Of a stretch of DNA of 64,000 nt, positions 18,901 through 27,492 are shown piece by piece. The stretch covers positions 78 to 64,077 of the IMG/VR virus record IMGVR_UViG_3300005673_000131. The stretch is one strand, 5' to 3'. The notes beneath the pieces are model-generated. The model saw only the letters and a program-made list of their open reading frames with translations, ran no database searches and was not told the origin of the DNA. Source of the stretch: a virus (taxonomy: Duplodnaviria; Caudoviricetes). Every line of letters begins with the position of its first letter. Within the stretch, counting starts at the first letter, position 1. The translations under genes were made by a program, and so were the position numbers.

Positions 18901-21589
18901 TACGGTCATCCGCTCGATTCAAGACAAGAATATTGATATTGTTCGGCTGGTTGATTCGATCAAGAAGGCCGGCGCCTCCATCCCCGATGAACTGAACCCC
19001 GTCCTTCGAGAAGAATTGTACATGGGGCGCGTGACTGCCTCGACGCAAGGGTTTCTCAATGGTGAGCTTCGTCCGCTGGTCGATGCGATGCGGCTGAATA
19101 AGGTGACATTGGAACAATTGGATAGCTACCTGCATGCGCGGCATGCCAAGGAGGCCAATGCGCATCTCAAGGCAATCAACCCAGATCGTGAGAATAATGA
19201 CGCCCTCTCCGGCATGACCGATGCAGAAGCCGAACGGATTTTGGCTGCTGCCGATAGGTCGAAGATGGACCGTCTTGCTGCGAAGGTCGATGCTATCCTT
19301 GGCAAAACGAGACAGATGCTCGTGGATTATGGCCTTGAATCGCAGGGTACCGTGGATGGGTGGGCCAAGGACTATCAGTATTATGTGCCGCTCCATCGGG
19401 AAGGCTACGAAGAGGGCTCGCCTGGAACTGGGCAAGGCCGCTCCGTGAGAGGATCGCATAGTAAGTCGAGGACAGGATCAACGCTGTCTGTGACGAACAT
19501 TTTAGCGAACGTGGCGATGGACCGTGAACGGGCGATTGTGCGTGGAGAAAAGATGCGTCCCGTGATTGCCCTGGCCGGACTGCTTCAGCAGTACCCGAAT
19601 AAAGAGATTGCGACGCTCGCAAAGCCATCCCAGATCACCTACACCAATCCCGATACGGGCTTGCAGGAGGTCGCCGCTGGAGACATTGGGGAGTATCGCG
19701 TCCCGCGCATCAAAGGGCTCAACAAGAAGACGGGCATGGTCGAATGGCGGCCTGATCCGCTCTACAAAGGCCGGGATAATGTCGTCAATTTCAGGATCAA
19801 GGGCCAGGATCACGCCATCATTTTCAATGAAGAGAATGATCGCGCGGTAGAGATGGCGAAGTCCTTGAAGGATTTAGATGTCGGTCGTCTTAATGGACTC
19901 TTGGCGGCCATCGCTCCGGCGACACGGTACCTATCCTCAATCTCGACGCAATACAATCCCGTGTTCGGCGTCGTCAACTTCGTCCGAGACATTCAATTTG
20001 CCATGCTCTCACTCAGTTCGACTCCCCTTGCGCATAAGAGGGCGGACATCTTCCGGGGCACGTTTCGCGCCCTGAAAGGTATCTATGCCGATGCCAGAGC
20101 GGAACGACGCGGAGAGTCGGTCAATTCTGAGATGTCCAAGCTGTGGGAGCGGTTTCAAAAGGTCGGTGGACCAACGGGATACCGCGAGATGTTTCGTGGC
20201 AGCAATGACCGTGCGAAGGCCATTGAGCACATGCTGAATCCTGACTGGTGGCAGCAGACGCTTGGAGGCAAGATCCTCACGGCGAATGGGCACCTATCCG
20301 GCATGCAATCGCTGATTCTGAATAAGGCTGCCAAGCCCTTATTCGAGTGGCTGTCGGACTACAACCAGACCATGGAAAATGCGGTTCGCCTGGCTACCTT
20401 CAAGGCCGGTCTCGACAGCGGCATGACCGATGAGCAAGCGGCCAGTACCGCAAAGAATCTGACCGTCAACTTCAATAAAAAAGGATCGATCACCACGCAA
20501 GTAGGGGCGCTGTACGCCTTTTTCAATGCTTCTGTGCAAGGCACCGCACGGATCGCCGAAACCCTATTCGAAAAGGATCGATTGGGATACCTGAGCGCGA
20601 CCGGCAAGAAGATTGTTGCGGGAGGCATTGCACTCGGGGCCATGCAGGCGATTGGTTTGATGATGGCGGGATTTGGCGAAGATGAGCCGCCCGAGTTTGT
20701 ACGAGCCCGAAGCCTCATTCTGCCGATGCCAGGGACGGAGAAGGGCTATCTGGCCATCCCGATGCCGCTGGGGTTTAATATCTTGCCGAACTTTGGTCGG
20801 CTCGTGGCCGAAAGCATGATCCATGGCAAGCCGATGGATCGCGCCTATACCTTCATGGCGAATCTGGTTGATACCTTCTCGCCGGTTGGCGGGGCTGGCA
20901 GCGTCTCACAATTCCTCGCGCCATCCGTGGCTGACCCTCTGGTGGCCTTGTCTGAGAATAAGGACTGGGCAGGGCGGAAGATTTCAAAGGAAGATTTCAA
21001 TTCGATGAAGCCGACGCCAGGGCATACGCGAGCGAAAGACTCGTCCACCCCATGGGCGCGCGGCCTATCAGAAGCGATCAACTATGCGACGGGTGGCACC
21101 AACTATGTGCCCGGGAAATTCTCTCCGACCCCAGACGCCATTGATTATCTCATCGGCAGCCTGACGGGAGGGGTCGGGCGAGAACTCGCCCATACGGCCC
21201 AATCGGTGACCGGACTGACGACCGGAGAGGATGTGCCGCTGCATAAGGTCCCGCTGGTTGGGCGATTCGTGGGGGATGCGGCTGGCCCCAGTGCGGTACG
21301 CAACGACTTTTACGACAACTTAACCGACGTCCACCGCGCCTACGAAGAAGTGCATGGGCGGATGTTGCACCATGAGGATGCGACAGACTTCCTTGCTGAG
21401 CATCCAGAGGCACGGCTTGAAAAGGCGGCCACGCACCTACAGCGAGAAATCTCGCAACTGACCAAGCGGAAGCGTGAGATGGTCGCGAAAGGGGAGAACA
21501 GGGAGCGAGTGCGCTTGCTCGAAATGCAGATCTCGTCACGGATGCAGCGGTTTAATGATCGAGTGAAGGAATTGCAGGAGACTCGATAG
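12953..21589 (+). CDS. Large polyvalent protein (InPase-like, ADP-ribosyltransferase-like, zincin metallopeptidase, LPD38-like C-terminus)
   Basis: ISVENPQGSTRSG...HYGY...DKEHIDVF...FDEHK (InPase-like, ~16610-17015); LYHGT...VYLT...FEVE (ART-like, ~17150-17470); HELTH at 18371-18385; C-terminal AIPMPLGF...PLVALSENKDWAGRKI. Confidence 0.85.
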   Translation: MAAMSGRFEVEDGEIIDTQERQIISLDQFSKLATPEEQASVRQQIQDSGWAGADQTDEADSPVMARGTVTRPGATETPSPQEALPARPSLQQFMEVARQDNPDVPDRDLRRYWAQNYSDIDPKTLPSLESFMTAAKEDNPGVPEQDLKAYWNENYGDFGAAEKDTHLGLTGTLWQGAKSAGRSLKATGQAIIGDEAGVVDTADAQQSAPRDIALQNLLADIQKRKDALGKDPSWLATIGEVGKAALSNPKGAGLLLAEQLPNSALVLGSGLAGAAAGSALGPLGTIAGGIAGLFVANTALETGGKVIEAGADQTFTPEERSRTLKEGLTKGAVITGVDVATLGLTNFITGTTARAVERATVKTLTDAGVDVTDRAAVMAATKNPDIFSAVQAAQQRAQIASNTLGQRLARGGGAIGAEAIGEGAGEYLGEYAATGNADKMEAVIEAFAGLGQSAGEIAATHGLNRKREASSLLQGPAPTPIESIPEQLGVGNPSVSIDQAIKNATGLLSAPVSSTRAQEDALSSRLAQLSATTSAQREADRLESERQLQAGERLPTAQEAALQSDTLPRAGQDIPILEGAQSAPSTLPIAEPSRLWMHEAVIPGIEPGQAFTPRTEPEPDATERLAEERAKLVAMQERSKPASDIAPEAISDTPPQSDIPLQSAADLAYPPSERGRVLSQQELLERGKTASKRTAESVALIDGVDESPSASPILTAAAFSPRQAQPADSKASIQTEREKLVAMRERSRPKKSEESASPDTRQNSTPEDAPLRSAVDLAYPASERGRMLTQAELALRDRMASKRPAQQVSLLEGAQPSQASTIVQGTTFSPRQEPELTAKDRIADEREKLVRMKATRPAPKPSESTVPPSSTTPSGPLRTALDRAYPSVAELHDLARDKGFDVESDVFKTLTKMSTGKSHLDELSPGARDRFAETLKKLTPAKTPEIVESPTKKALAPVKPTEPSSDAVSAPRSALPPEQNAEMLLRAEKASADLDASSQIQDESLIDFLKSNGGLQDQGGELSAMEVDAQRKAFSKKLIQEKGLTLDQAAELAHEAGHIPERDIALLLDGIDKEVRGKGQHADWYRELTTGPKPMTREAIDSAVAKIIEDHGVDTGKAVERVKAALLNDREFDGTQWGEDAAAIARGDWPAWIPKPDAPSQSGSVQTSEPVSASPPTEGTTTTAPQTEAATETPIDRDAHEAASSPQNDRPEPTEAQKEAGNYRKGHLKISGLDISVENPQGSTRSGTDTNGKPWSVTMQHHYGYFRGADFKGKDKEHIDVFVKPGTPEDYSGPVFVIDQKDPQSGRFDEHKTILGASSADEARAIYQANYATDWKGFRSIKQFTMPEFKLWLKAGNKQKPAGMAKPEKRSVKMALMATDRGPGSSPDAQTPPEPGRETVVLYHGTDSRGAYGIIDNGRFNTKVVYLTNDYEAAKRFGGGDDAKVFEVEVDKNDLKMDFDLGSDSSILGVAGANEYEGKDLTIDEWLEEHGSFAVKSDAIKSIVDESGNIVGGSLPNHSSPQQGGPGSSKSEEPFRLTSPAKQVDAPAPENSQTSIDIPPETIGSRPIIGREATPEEAPLFSKAAQEPEAQQAELPEESRADRAEVAPSPTEILASALRTAADQIEGKKAEPKIEDVDELKTKETDQGTALFSQRPGGRTRFLSDDAGTVEDQVAQALDDALPIGSTTWHLLDTSSQYPTEVMESMARRPYVAKLARGMAETFRAIRTRLPAAYRDVRFLGISPDDYYQGVYLGNVSTGSPGEISNVVILNPYGILDATQANMAEANIPPELLPEQYARQLIETITHELTHQLYSHGEEGSTEDHAFEKALAANRALVHDVATREVARWTTLLTEPINGQLAALDEIEVDRDALRPYYVPEAGNALGEARRRSAGRDGSEPIRREANPRRRAGPGLRSGGDLSEEAGGTGTTRDESVPSLQGRRPGSAGFTDDDLNSPNFPGIPAQQQQAALTYHLPAMSRMDTVIRSIQDKNIDIVRLVDSIKKAGASIPDELNPVLREELYMGRVTASTQGFLNGELRPLVDAMRLNKVTLEQLDSYLHARHAKEANAHLKAINPDRENNDALSGMTDAEAERILAAADRSKMDRLAAKVDAILGKTRQMLVDYGLESQGTVDGWAKDYQYYVPLHREGYEEGSPGTGQGRSVRGSHSKSRTGSTLSVTNILANVAMDRERAIVRGEKMRPVIALAGLLQQYPNKEIATLAKPSQITYTNPDTGLQEVAAGDIGEYRVPRIKGLNKKTGMVEWRPDPLYKGRDNVVNFRIKGQDHAIIFNEENDRAVEMAKSLKDLDVGRLNGLLAAIAPATRYLSSISTQYNPVFGVVNFVRDIQFAMLSLSSTPLAHKRADIFRGTFRALKGIYADARAERRGESVNSEMSKLWERFQKVGGPTGYREMFRGSNDRAKAIEHMLNPDWWQQTLGGKILTANGHLSGMQSLILNKAAKPLFEWLSDYNQTMENAVRLATFKAGLDSGMTDEQAASTAKNLTVNFNKKGSITTQVGALYAFFNASVQGTARIAETLFEKDRLGYLSATGKKIVAGGIALGAMQAIGLMMAGFGEDEPPEFVRARSLILPMPGTEKGYLAIPMPLGFNILPNFGRLVAESMIHGKPMDRAYTFMANLVDTFSPVGGAGSVSQFLAPSVADPLVALSENKDWAGRKISKEDFNSMKPTPGHTRAKDSSTPWARGLSEAINYATGGTNYVPGKFSPTPDAIDYLIGSLTGGVGRELAHTAQSVTGLTTGEDVPLHKVPLVGRFVGDAAGPSAVRNDFYDNLTDVHRAYEEVHGRMLHHEDATDFLAEHPEARLEKAATHLQREISQLTKRKREMVAKGENRERVRLLEMQISSRMQRFNDRVKELQETR
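13217..13420 (+). repeat. Two ~38-aa repeats at the N-terminus of the polyvalent protein
   Basis: SLQQFMEVARQDNPDVPDRDLRRYWAQNY / SLESFMTAAKEDNPGVPEQDLKAYWNENY. Confidence 0.85.
14783..15612 (+). repeat. Three ~108-aa repeats in the polyvalent protein
   Basis: F(T/S)PR...ER(A/E)KLV.M...PL...D.AYP at 14783, 15107 and 15434. Confidence 0.85.
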
Positions 21590-21992
21590 CGGTCAAGAAT
21601 CTGAAAGATTCGAGAAACCCACGCTCTATGCTAAACATTTGCGTAGGGGTGACTCCGCACCATCGGCACTGCTTGTCGAGACGATGGAACCTCATGTTAT
21701 CCCATGGGGGACCAAGCTTTGACGCGCACTTCAGCCTTCTCCCCCTCCCCTTCATGCGCCAGCGTCCATGGCCACTCAGTGACGGCATCGCAATCATCCT
21801 CCCCATGTACATCATGGTCGGCATGGATACTGTGACGGTGACGGATTTCCACCATTCAGGTTCCGCCTTGGCCGACACATCATCTATTCGCTCATACATC
21901 CGCCCACTACTAATATCTTCCACGATGGTGCCTGGAGGGGACAGGGCACGGCCGATCTGGCGCATGCGCTTCAGCAGTTCTTCGTCTCGCAT
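21552..21992 (-). CDS. Hypothetical protein, convergent with and overlapping the polyvalent gene end
   Basis: GGAGGT RBS before ATG 21992 (MRDEELLKR); CRWC near the C-terminus. Confidence 0.5.
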   Translation of the reverse strand: MRDEELLKRMRQIGRALSPPGTIVEDISSGRMYERIDDVSAKAEPEWWKSVTVTVSMPTMMYMGRMIAMPSLSGHGRWRMKGRGRRLKCASKLGPPWDNMRFHRLDKQCRWCGVTPTQMFSIERGFLESFRFLTAIESPAIPSLDH

Positions 21993-21994
21993 TC

Positions 21995-22354
21995 TTACCT
22001 CCCTAAAATCACAGCCGGACCATCCCCAAGTGAAGGCAGAAACAACGGTTCCGGTATCCCTGCGGGCGGCGTTCTGAATGTGGGCGCTGTGCCATGCTGA
22101 AACGATGGCAACGGCGTCGGATCGAACCCGCGAGACGGCTGTGTCGGCGTCAGAATGGTGTACGGCATCGTGTCCTGGTCGGTGATGATCACGCCCTGGT
22201 TGCGGCTGAATGGCACCTGGGTGGTGCTTTGTCCGTTCGGGCCAAGGCATGTCGTGAACGCGCCAGGGACGCACACGGTTTGCGAGAATGTGACCGGCGC
22301 GACAATGAACAGCAAGACGGCCAAGAACACGATGGCGAGAAGAATCTGTCTCAT
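21995..22354 (-). CDS. Exported Pro-rich protein
   Basis: MRQILLAIVFLAVLLFIVAPVTFS|Q signal peptide; AAGGAG RBS. Confidence 0.6.
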   Translation of the reverse strand: MRQILLAIVFLAVLLFIVAPVTFSQTVCVPGAFTTCLGPNGQSTTQVPFSRNQGVIITDQDTMPYTILTPTQPSRGFDPTPLPSFQHGTAPTFRTPPAGIPEPLFLPSLGDGPAVILGR

Positions 22355-22371
22355 GGGCGGCTCCTTTCGGC

Positions 22372-23556
22372 CTATCCTTTGACACACAAGACTTGCTTCA
22401 ATTCGGCGACAATTTCCACCAAATCATGCTGGTTTTTCATCACTTGGTCAATGTCCTTGTAGGCCCCTGGGATTTCATCGAGCACCCCAGCATCTTTCCG
22501 GCACTCCACTCCATGGGTTTGGCGCGCCAGGTCATCAACGGTAAACGTGCCTTTTGCCATTCCTCGGCTCATGCGTCGTCCGGCTCCGTGCGAACAGGAA
22601 TGGAAGGACTCCGGATTGCCCTTGCCGCGCACGATGAACGATCGCGCGCCCATTGATCCAGGGATGATACCCATATCCCCCTCTCGCGCCCGAACAGCCC
22701 CCTTCCTCGTGACAATGACGTTGTGCCCGAAGTGATGCTCCCGCTCTGCATAATTGTGATGACAGTTCACTTGTAGCAGCGGCTCGATCGGCGCGCGCCA
22801 GTCATTCAGTAACACCTTGGCCACGGCTCGCAAGACGCGCTGCATCATGATGGCGCGATTCTTCATCGCGTAGGCTTGCGCCCACTGCAAATCGTTCCAG
22901 TAGGCATCGAACTGCGGTGTCCCTTCGGCGAGATAGGCTAGATTCGGATCTTCCAGTCGGATCATATACTGGCGCATCAATTCTTTGGCCTGGTCGATAT
23001 GGACATCGGCAATCTCTTTTCCGATATTGCGAGACCCTGAATGCAGCATGACCCATACCTGTTGAGACTTATCTAGGCAAATCTCAATAAAGTGATTCCC
23101 GCCTCCAAGCGTCCCCAATTGTTCCGTCGCTTTAGACGCAAGGGACTGCACCTTATCTGGCCTCTCATCGAACGACAGCCAGCCATTCCATGCCACAGCC
23201 TCATCAACGGCTTTCTTGTGGGCATTGAATCCCACAGGCACAGACCATTCAATCTCATCCCGTAACGTCTTGAGTGAATCGGGAAGATCCTTAGCATAAA
23301 ACGGCAACTGCGCAGCCATCATGCCGCATCCAATATCCACACCCACAGCAGCGGGAATGATCGCGCCAGTCGTCGCAACGACCGATCCCACTGTAGCCCC
23401 ATGCCCTAAATGCACGTCAGGCATCGCAGCCACATGTTTAAACACACATGGGAGATTGGCCGTATTGACGAGTTGATCAATCGCCCCTGGCTCAACCTCT
23501 TCCAATGGAGCCCACAACTTAATCGGCACTCTTGCCTTTGTGACAACGCTCTGCAT
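22372..23556 (-). CDS. rtcB: RtcB-family RNA ligase
   Basis: MPDVHLG, VGVDIGCG, GTLGGGNHFIE, HSGSR, CHHNY, RKGA and SHGAGR motifs all present. Confidence 0.95.
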   Translation of the reverse strand: MQSVVTKARVPIKLWAPLEEVEPGAIDQLVNTANLPCVFKHVAAMPDVHLGHGATVGSVVATTGAIIPAAVGVDIGCGMMAAQLPFYAKDLPDSLKTLRDEIEWSVPVGFNAHKKAVDEAVAWNGWLSFDERPDKVQSLASKATEQLGTLGGGNHFIEICLDKSQQVWVMLHSGSRNIGKEIADVHIDQAKELMRQYMIRLEDPNLAYLAEGTPQFDAYWNDLQWAQAYAMKNRAIMMQRVLRAVAKVLLNDWRAPIEPLLQVNCHHNYAEREHHFGHNVIVTRKGAVRAREGDMGIIPGSMGARSFIVRGKGNPESFHSCSHGAGRRMSRGMAKGTFTVDDLARQTHGVECRKDAGVLDEIPGAYKDIDQVMKNQHDLVEIVAELKQVLCVKG

Positions 23557-23566
23557 CGTTCCCCTC

Positions 23567-23809
23567 CTATTTTGCTATCTGTACCCGTTTCATCACCGAG
23601 ACCACCGCCTCAAATCCATTCTTCCCCTTGAAGGCTGGTGGCGTGGGCATCGTCCGTGGCTTCCCTCCACTCTCGATCGTCGGTCGCGCATAGGTCGTGC
23701 AGGTCTTAATGTGTGCCGACATGCAGGCCTCGCACAATTCGGCATGGCACCAACAGATTTTGAGATGCGACGTCAAGATGCCATCAGTTTGACAGCCTGG
23801 GCACGTCAT
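23567..23809 (-). CDS. Small Cys/His-rich protein
   Basis: MTCPGC...CWCHAELCEACMSAHIKTC. Confidence 0.5.
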   Translation of the reverse strand: MTCPGCQTDGILTSHLKICWCHAELCEACMSAHIKTCTTYARPTIESGGKPRTMPTPPAFKGKNGFEAVVSVMKRVQIAK

Positions 23810-24653
23810 TGGCTCCCTCCGTGTCTCCCATGAATCCCGGCACAATTCTGCGCAATATTGCGGCAGCCTCCGGCGTCGGTGCCTCCCCGACGATCGGCGG
23901 CGTGGACGGCTTCGACGGCAAGCGAGAGGCTGGCGAGGCCTTCCGCTCTATCGGATCGTCATAATTCCCCGACATGATCTTGGATAGATTCTCTGGCCCT
24001 GTCGCCCACCACAGATCGGCACGAAAGACGCGACGCCCTTCTTTCGGCTGCACCTTTCCGGTAAGGAACGGTGATTTCGCGACCTCTTCGAAGAACTGAT
24101 CCCACCATGCTGCGGACTTGTCTTTCTGAAGACCCCTGAGCCGCGTCTTCAGTTTCTCTTCGACCACCTTGCAAGGCCGCACGCCGGCAATGGCGTTCCA
24201 GCGATCGACGATCGGTTGGACATCGACGGAGGCGGCAGCTACAGGGGCCGGTGGCGCGATTGTGGACTCGCTGGATAGCGCTGGGGCCTTCTCCTCGTCC
24301 TGCTCCGGAGGCGCCGGCCACTTCGATTTGCTGGCGCGTCGGTAGATGTAGAGTTCTGCGGAGAGGATGTGCAGGTATTCCTTGCGCTTGACCTGATAGA
24401 GCCGGATGAGCGGTTGATCGCCAGGGGGAGCCAGGGTGCTCAGTTCGGTGAGGCATGTGGCGACCTTCTGAGGGGTCCAGCCTTTCGGTGGACGCTGAAA
24501 GCAGTTCGACAGGACCACTTCAGGATGCGCCTCCATGCGGCCGAAGTCGTCGACGGAGGTAATAATGCGATACCAGAGGCGTTCTGCGGCATCGCTTAAG
24601 AGTTGCAAGCTGGCGCTGCGTCGATTGGATTCTTTCAGGTCTCGGTTCGGCAT
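23784..24653 (-). CDS. Replication initiator (replisome organiser-like)
   Basis: MPNRDLKES...LWYRIITSVDDFGRMEA winged-helix-like N-terminus; C-terminal FLTG...ADLWW...KIMSGNY; AAGGA RBS. Confidence 0.7.
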   Translation of the reverse strand: MPNRDLKESNRRSASLQLLSDAAERLWYRIITSVDDFGRMEAHPEVVLSNCFQRPPKGWTPQKVATCLTELSTLAPPGDQPLIRLYQVKRKEYLHILSAELYIYRRASKSKWPAPPEQDEEKAPALSSESTIAPPAPVAAASVDVQPIVDRWNAIAGVRPCKVVEEKLKTRLRGLQKDKSAAWWDQFFEEVAKSPFLTGKVQPKEGRRVFRADLWWATGPENLSKIMSGNYDDPIERKASPASRLPSKPSTPPIVGEAPTPEAAAILRRIVPGFMGDTEGANDVPRLSN

Positions 24654-24678
24654 GGTGTAGATGTCCTTGCAAATGGTG

Positions 24679-24894
24679 TCAGTTCCCCTCGCGGGCGTCG
24701 GGCGCAAACACTGGCTTCTTACCAAGGCAGCTGATTGCAACCTTGAACTTGCCTGTGACATCACCAGGCCATTCCTGGATCTCGATGCCGCCAATAACGA
24801 TGAGATTCCCACCATGTTGCTTCACATAATGTTCTACGGCCTTGTAGAGGCTATCAACGTCTTTACTCAGAGTAGACTGTTTACGCTTCCTCAT
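24679..24894 (-). CDS. Hypothetical protein
   Basis: Packed ORF; GGGAGG RBS before MRKRKQ. Confidence 0.55.
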   Translation of the reverse strand: MRKRKQSTLSKDVDSLYKAVEHYVKQHGGNLIVIGGIEIQEWPGDVTGKFKVAISCLGKKPVFAPDAREGN

Positions 24895-25126
24895 TTCCCT
24901 CCACCCCCTCCCGCAGCCGGTCGAGTGCGGCCTTAATGTCTCGTCGTAAAAACGCAACGTAGGCCAATGTGCCGCCGTGTAAGCGTTTCCTCGTTTCTGC
25001 TACTTGCTCATCCGTAAACTCTTCTGGCGCATAACATCGCAACCAATCAGTCAATGCGACATCGCACTTATTCAATACCGTTTCAACATCCGCCCTCCGC
25101 TGCGCCGTGTCTACTTGCGTGTCCAT
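24881..25126 (-). CDS. Hypothetical protein
   Basis: Packed ORF of 81 aa overlapping its neighbours. Confidence 0.55.
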   Translation of the reverse strand: MDTQVDTAQRRADVETVLNKCDVALTDWLRCYAPEEFTDEQVAETRKRLHGGTLAYVAFLRRDIKAALDRLREGVEGNEEA

Positions 25127-25362
25127 GTGGGGCAGTCCTTTCCGGCTTTTGCGTACGGGGTAATGCGGTACTCATCCGGCAAACAGATTGGCAACGGATA
25201 GGCGCAAACACCTGTCGCGCAATCTATCCGATTCTCCTGCCCATCATGTATCTTCCACCACCGACACGTCCCACACCGCTGTCTCATTGGGTCTACGACG
25301 TACTCGCTCTCGCCAGAATCTCCAATCATCGGTAGCCGCTGCTCGTTACCCATGCTGCTCAC
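25111..25362 (-). CDS. Small Cys-rich protein
   Basis: CGTCRWW...CATGVC...C...CPTW. Confidence 0.5.
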   Translation of the reverse strand: MSSMGNEQRLPMIGDSGESEYVVDPMRQRCGTCRWWKIHDGQENRIDCATGVCAYPLPICLPDEYRITPYAKAGKDCPTWTRK

Positions 25363-25535
25363 CCGTTACCCCCTTGGCTTGCCATATAACCAGCAGGTTG
25401 CTGTACATGGCGTACCGTTTCTTGAAATATACGCTTTTTTCTCGATCTTCCAGCAGATCGTGAGCCATCTCCCAGGCAGGCGAATATCACAGCCCCACGA
25501 AAACAGCGTGAAATACTTGAACATGACTGGATACT

Positions 25536-25976
25536 TCATCCCTGCCCCTCCTGGCTCACGACTTTCAGTGCGGCGAGGCAGATGGCGAGTTCTACCGTCT
25601 CAGCACTCTCGGAAACCCAGTGTGGTTCGCCTTCTTTATCGTGCCCCACAAACTGCACATTCCACTCGTCAAGCTTGCCAAATGCTTCCCCTGAGTTCTC
25701 AATCAGCACCATACCCATCTTGCGCACCACCTCCCATGCATCGGCAATGTTGGTAGAGAAACAGTGCTCTTTTGTAAACCCATCCTCCCACAGCACCACT
25801 TTCCCACCAGTCCAAACATACCAACCCACAGAGTCAAATCCTGCTCTATCAAGAGCCTTTTCGTACTTCCCCTGTTCCGGTGTCTCATCGTCTGTGCCAC
25901 AATAGCCAACACGAAATAGCTTCCACCCCATCACCTTCTCCGCAATCAACGCATCCAATTCTCTACCGGCTTTCAT
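25536..25976 (-). CDS. Phage ABA-sandwich/BC1872-like protein
   Basis: MKAGRELDALIAEKVMGW...FSTNIADAWEVV...AICLAALK pattern. Confidence 0.7.
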   Translation of the reverse strand: MKAGRELDALIAEKVMGWKLFRVGYCGTDDETPEQGKYEKALDRAGFDSVGWYVWTGGKVVLWEDGFTKEHCFSTNIADAWEVVRKMGMVLIENSGEAFGKLDEWNVQFVGHDKEGEPHWVSESAETVELAICLAALKVVSQEGQG

Positions 25977-26355
25977 GCTGCCCCTCCTGGCTCGTGGCGA
26001 AACAATCTGCATGGATAGGGCAAGATCGCGGAATGTTAGGCCCTGCCGCGCTGGTCCCGCACGCGTATATAACCTGCTCAGTATTCACTTTCGGCTGGCG
26101 CGTGGCGGTGAGGGCGGCTTTCGCGTCACGGACAGCAGGATAATCCTCACCGTAATATGCCTCTAGTCGTGCCGCGCAATTGATAAGGTTAGCTCGTAGC
26201 CGCGCGTTCTCGTCGCGGAGATGCTGAAACCTATTGCTGATCTGAGAAATGTATGGTGCGGTATTGTTATCAAACAATGTCGCGCCAACCAAGCTAGTTA
26301 GCAAATCACACACATCCATCTTGGTAAGATTATCTATTGCCTCACTCATGCTCAC
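25963..26355 (-). CDS. Hypothetical protein
   Basis: Packed ORF in the early operon. Confidence 0.5.
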   Translation of the reverse strand: MSMSEAIDNLTKMDVCDLLTSLVGATLFDNNTAPYISQISNRFQHLRDENARLRANLINCAARLEAYYGEDYPAVRDAKAALTATRQPKVNTEQVIYACGTSAAGPNIPRSCPIHADCFATSQEGQHESR

Positions 26356-26842
26356 CTCCGTCGTGGTCAGTCCTCATACGCCTGTACCATAGTTGCGGCT
26401 CAACATCACCCTTCACATAGAGCGGATGCCGTGGCGATCCGTCCGCAGTCACTCCGAGACAGTGGATAACGTAATTCGATAGATACGGCAAGACATGATC
26501 GATTCTGGCGTGCTTACATGCGCCCCATGCCGCGATATTGAACGCACTGCGATACAAGGCTGTACCAAAATGAAGGCCATGCTCTGGGCCTATTGGGTCG
26601 ATGGCTGACTTCAAGGCTTCCGGCTTCGTTGAACGATAGGCGTAGAGATTCACAACGTACAGACCGCTATAACCCCACTTTTTTGAGAACCCAATACACC
26701 TACGTATTGTTGGATCGTCAATCGCAGCATCAGCCGTGGACGGATTCAGCATGATCCATGTTACAGCATTGCCATAAGCCCAACGCCGAGAGAGCAGGTA
26801 CCGATACACGCCAGTCTCGTCAATCACCGCTTCGCGCTTCAT
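26342..26842 (-). CDS. DUF1643-family protein
   Basis: YRYLLSRRW...WIMLNPSTADAAIDDPTIRRC...VVNLYAYRSTKP...AAWG...PRHPLY. Confidence 0.9.
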   Translation of the reverse strand: MKREAVIDETGVYRYLLSRRWAYGNAVTWIMLNPSTADAAIDDPTIRRCIGFSKKWGYSGLYVVNLYAYRSTKPEALKSAIDPIGPEHGLHFGTALYRSAFNIAAWGACKHARIDHVLPYLSNYVIHCLGVTADGSPRHPLYVKGDVEPQLWYRRMRTDHDGGEHE

Positions 26843-27492
26843 GATTGCGCCCCACCCACGCGCGGCAGCGTGGCGCGATAGGTCATGATGGCTAAAAACG
26901 CTTTCGCGATTTGCTTATCCCTGAATTCTGCGAGCATGAGTGAAAACCCGTATTGATTGCGAATCCTCACTTGCCACCACATCGGCTCTAAGGAAGCCGG
27001 CACATCCGGCTCAATAAATAATTCACCAACGGGAAGTGGTAATTCGCACACCAGCCCCAACAATGCGGCATGCTGGGCACCTATCTTTTGTAGGTCATTG
27101 TCCATACCAGCCGCGTACTGCATCGCTTCGTCCCGCTCTTCTCGCAACTGAGCAACCTGTTGCTCCAACCCTTCCCTAATTGCGCACGAGCCGCAGTCAT
27201 AGACTTTCGTGACATGCTGGTTCTGTTGCGCCGCCGCCAGCTGGGCTTGGAGTTCGGCAATTTCAGCCTGATGTCTGACTTGCTCGCATGGCGTTCCGTT
27301 GTGCTTGTCGTAAAAATTGACAAGGGCCTGGTACTTATGATGAATGATTGACAACTCCCGCTCCAACCGCTCCACCGTCTGCTGCGCGTCAACCTTGTAC
27401 TGTTTCAGCTCCTCGTATTCCGCTACCCAGGCGTTGAGTGCGAGGCGCATGTGCGCGGGCAAATTCGGGTAGTCCTGTTCTGTCATCTCCAT
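26839..27492 (-). CDS. Coiled-coil hypothetical protein
   Basis: Heptad-rich; internal HNGTPC and CGSC motifs. Confidence 0.55.
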   Translation of the reverse strand: MEMTEQDYPNLPAHMRLALNAWVAEYEELKQYKVDAQQTVERLERELSIIHHKYQALVNFYDKHNGTPCEQVRHQAEIAELQAQLAAAQQNQHVTKVYDCGSCAIREGLEQQVAQLREERDEAMQYAAGMDNDLQKIGAQHAALLGLVCELPLPVGELFIEPDVPASLEPMWWQVRIRNQYGFSLMLAEFRDKQIAKAFLAIMTYRATLPRVGGAQS

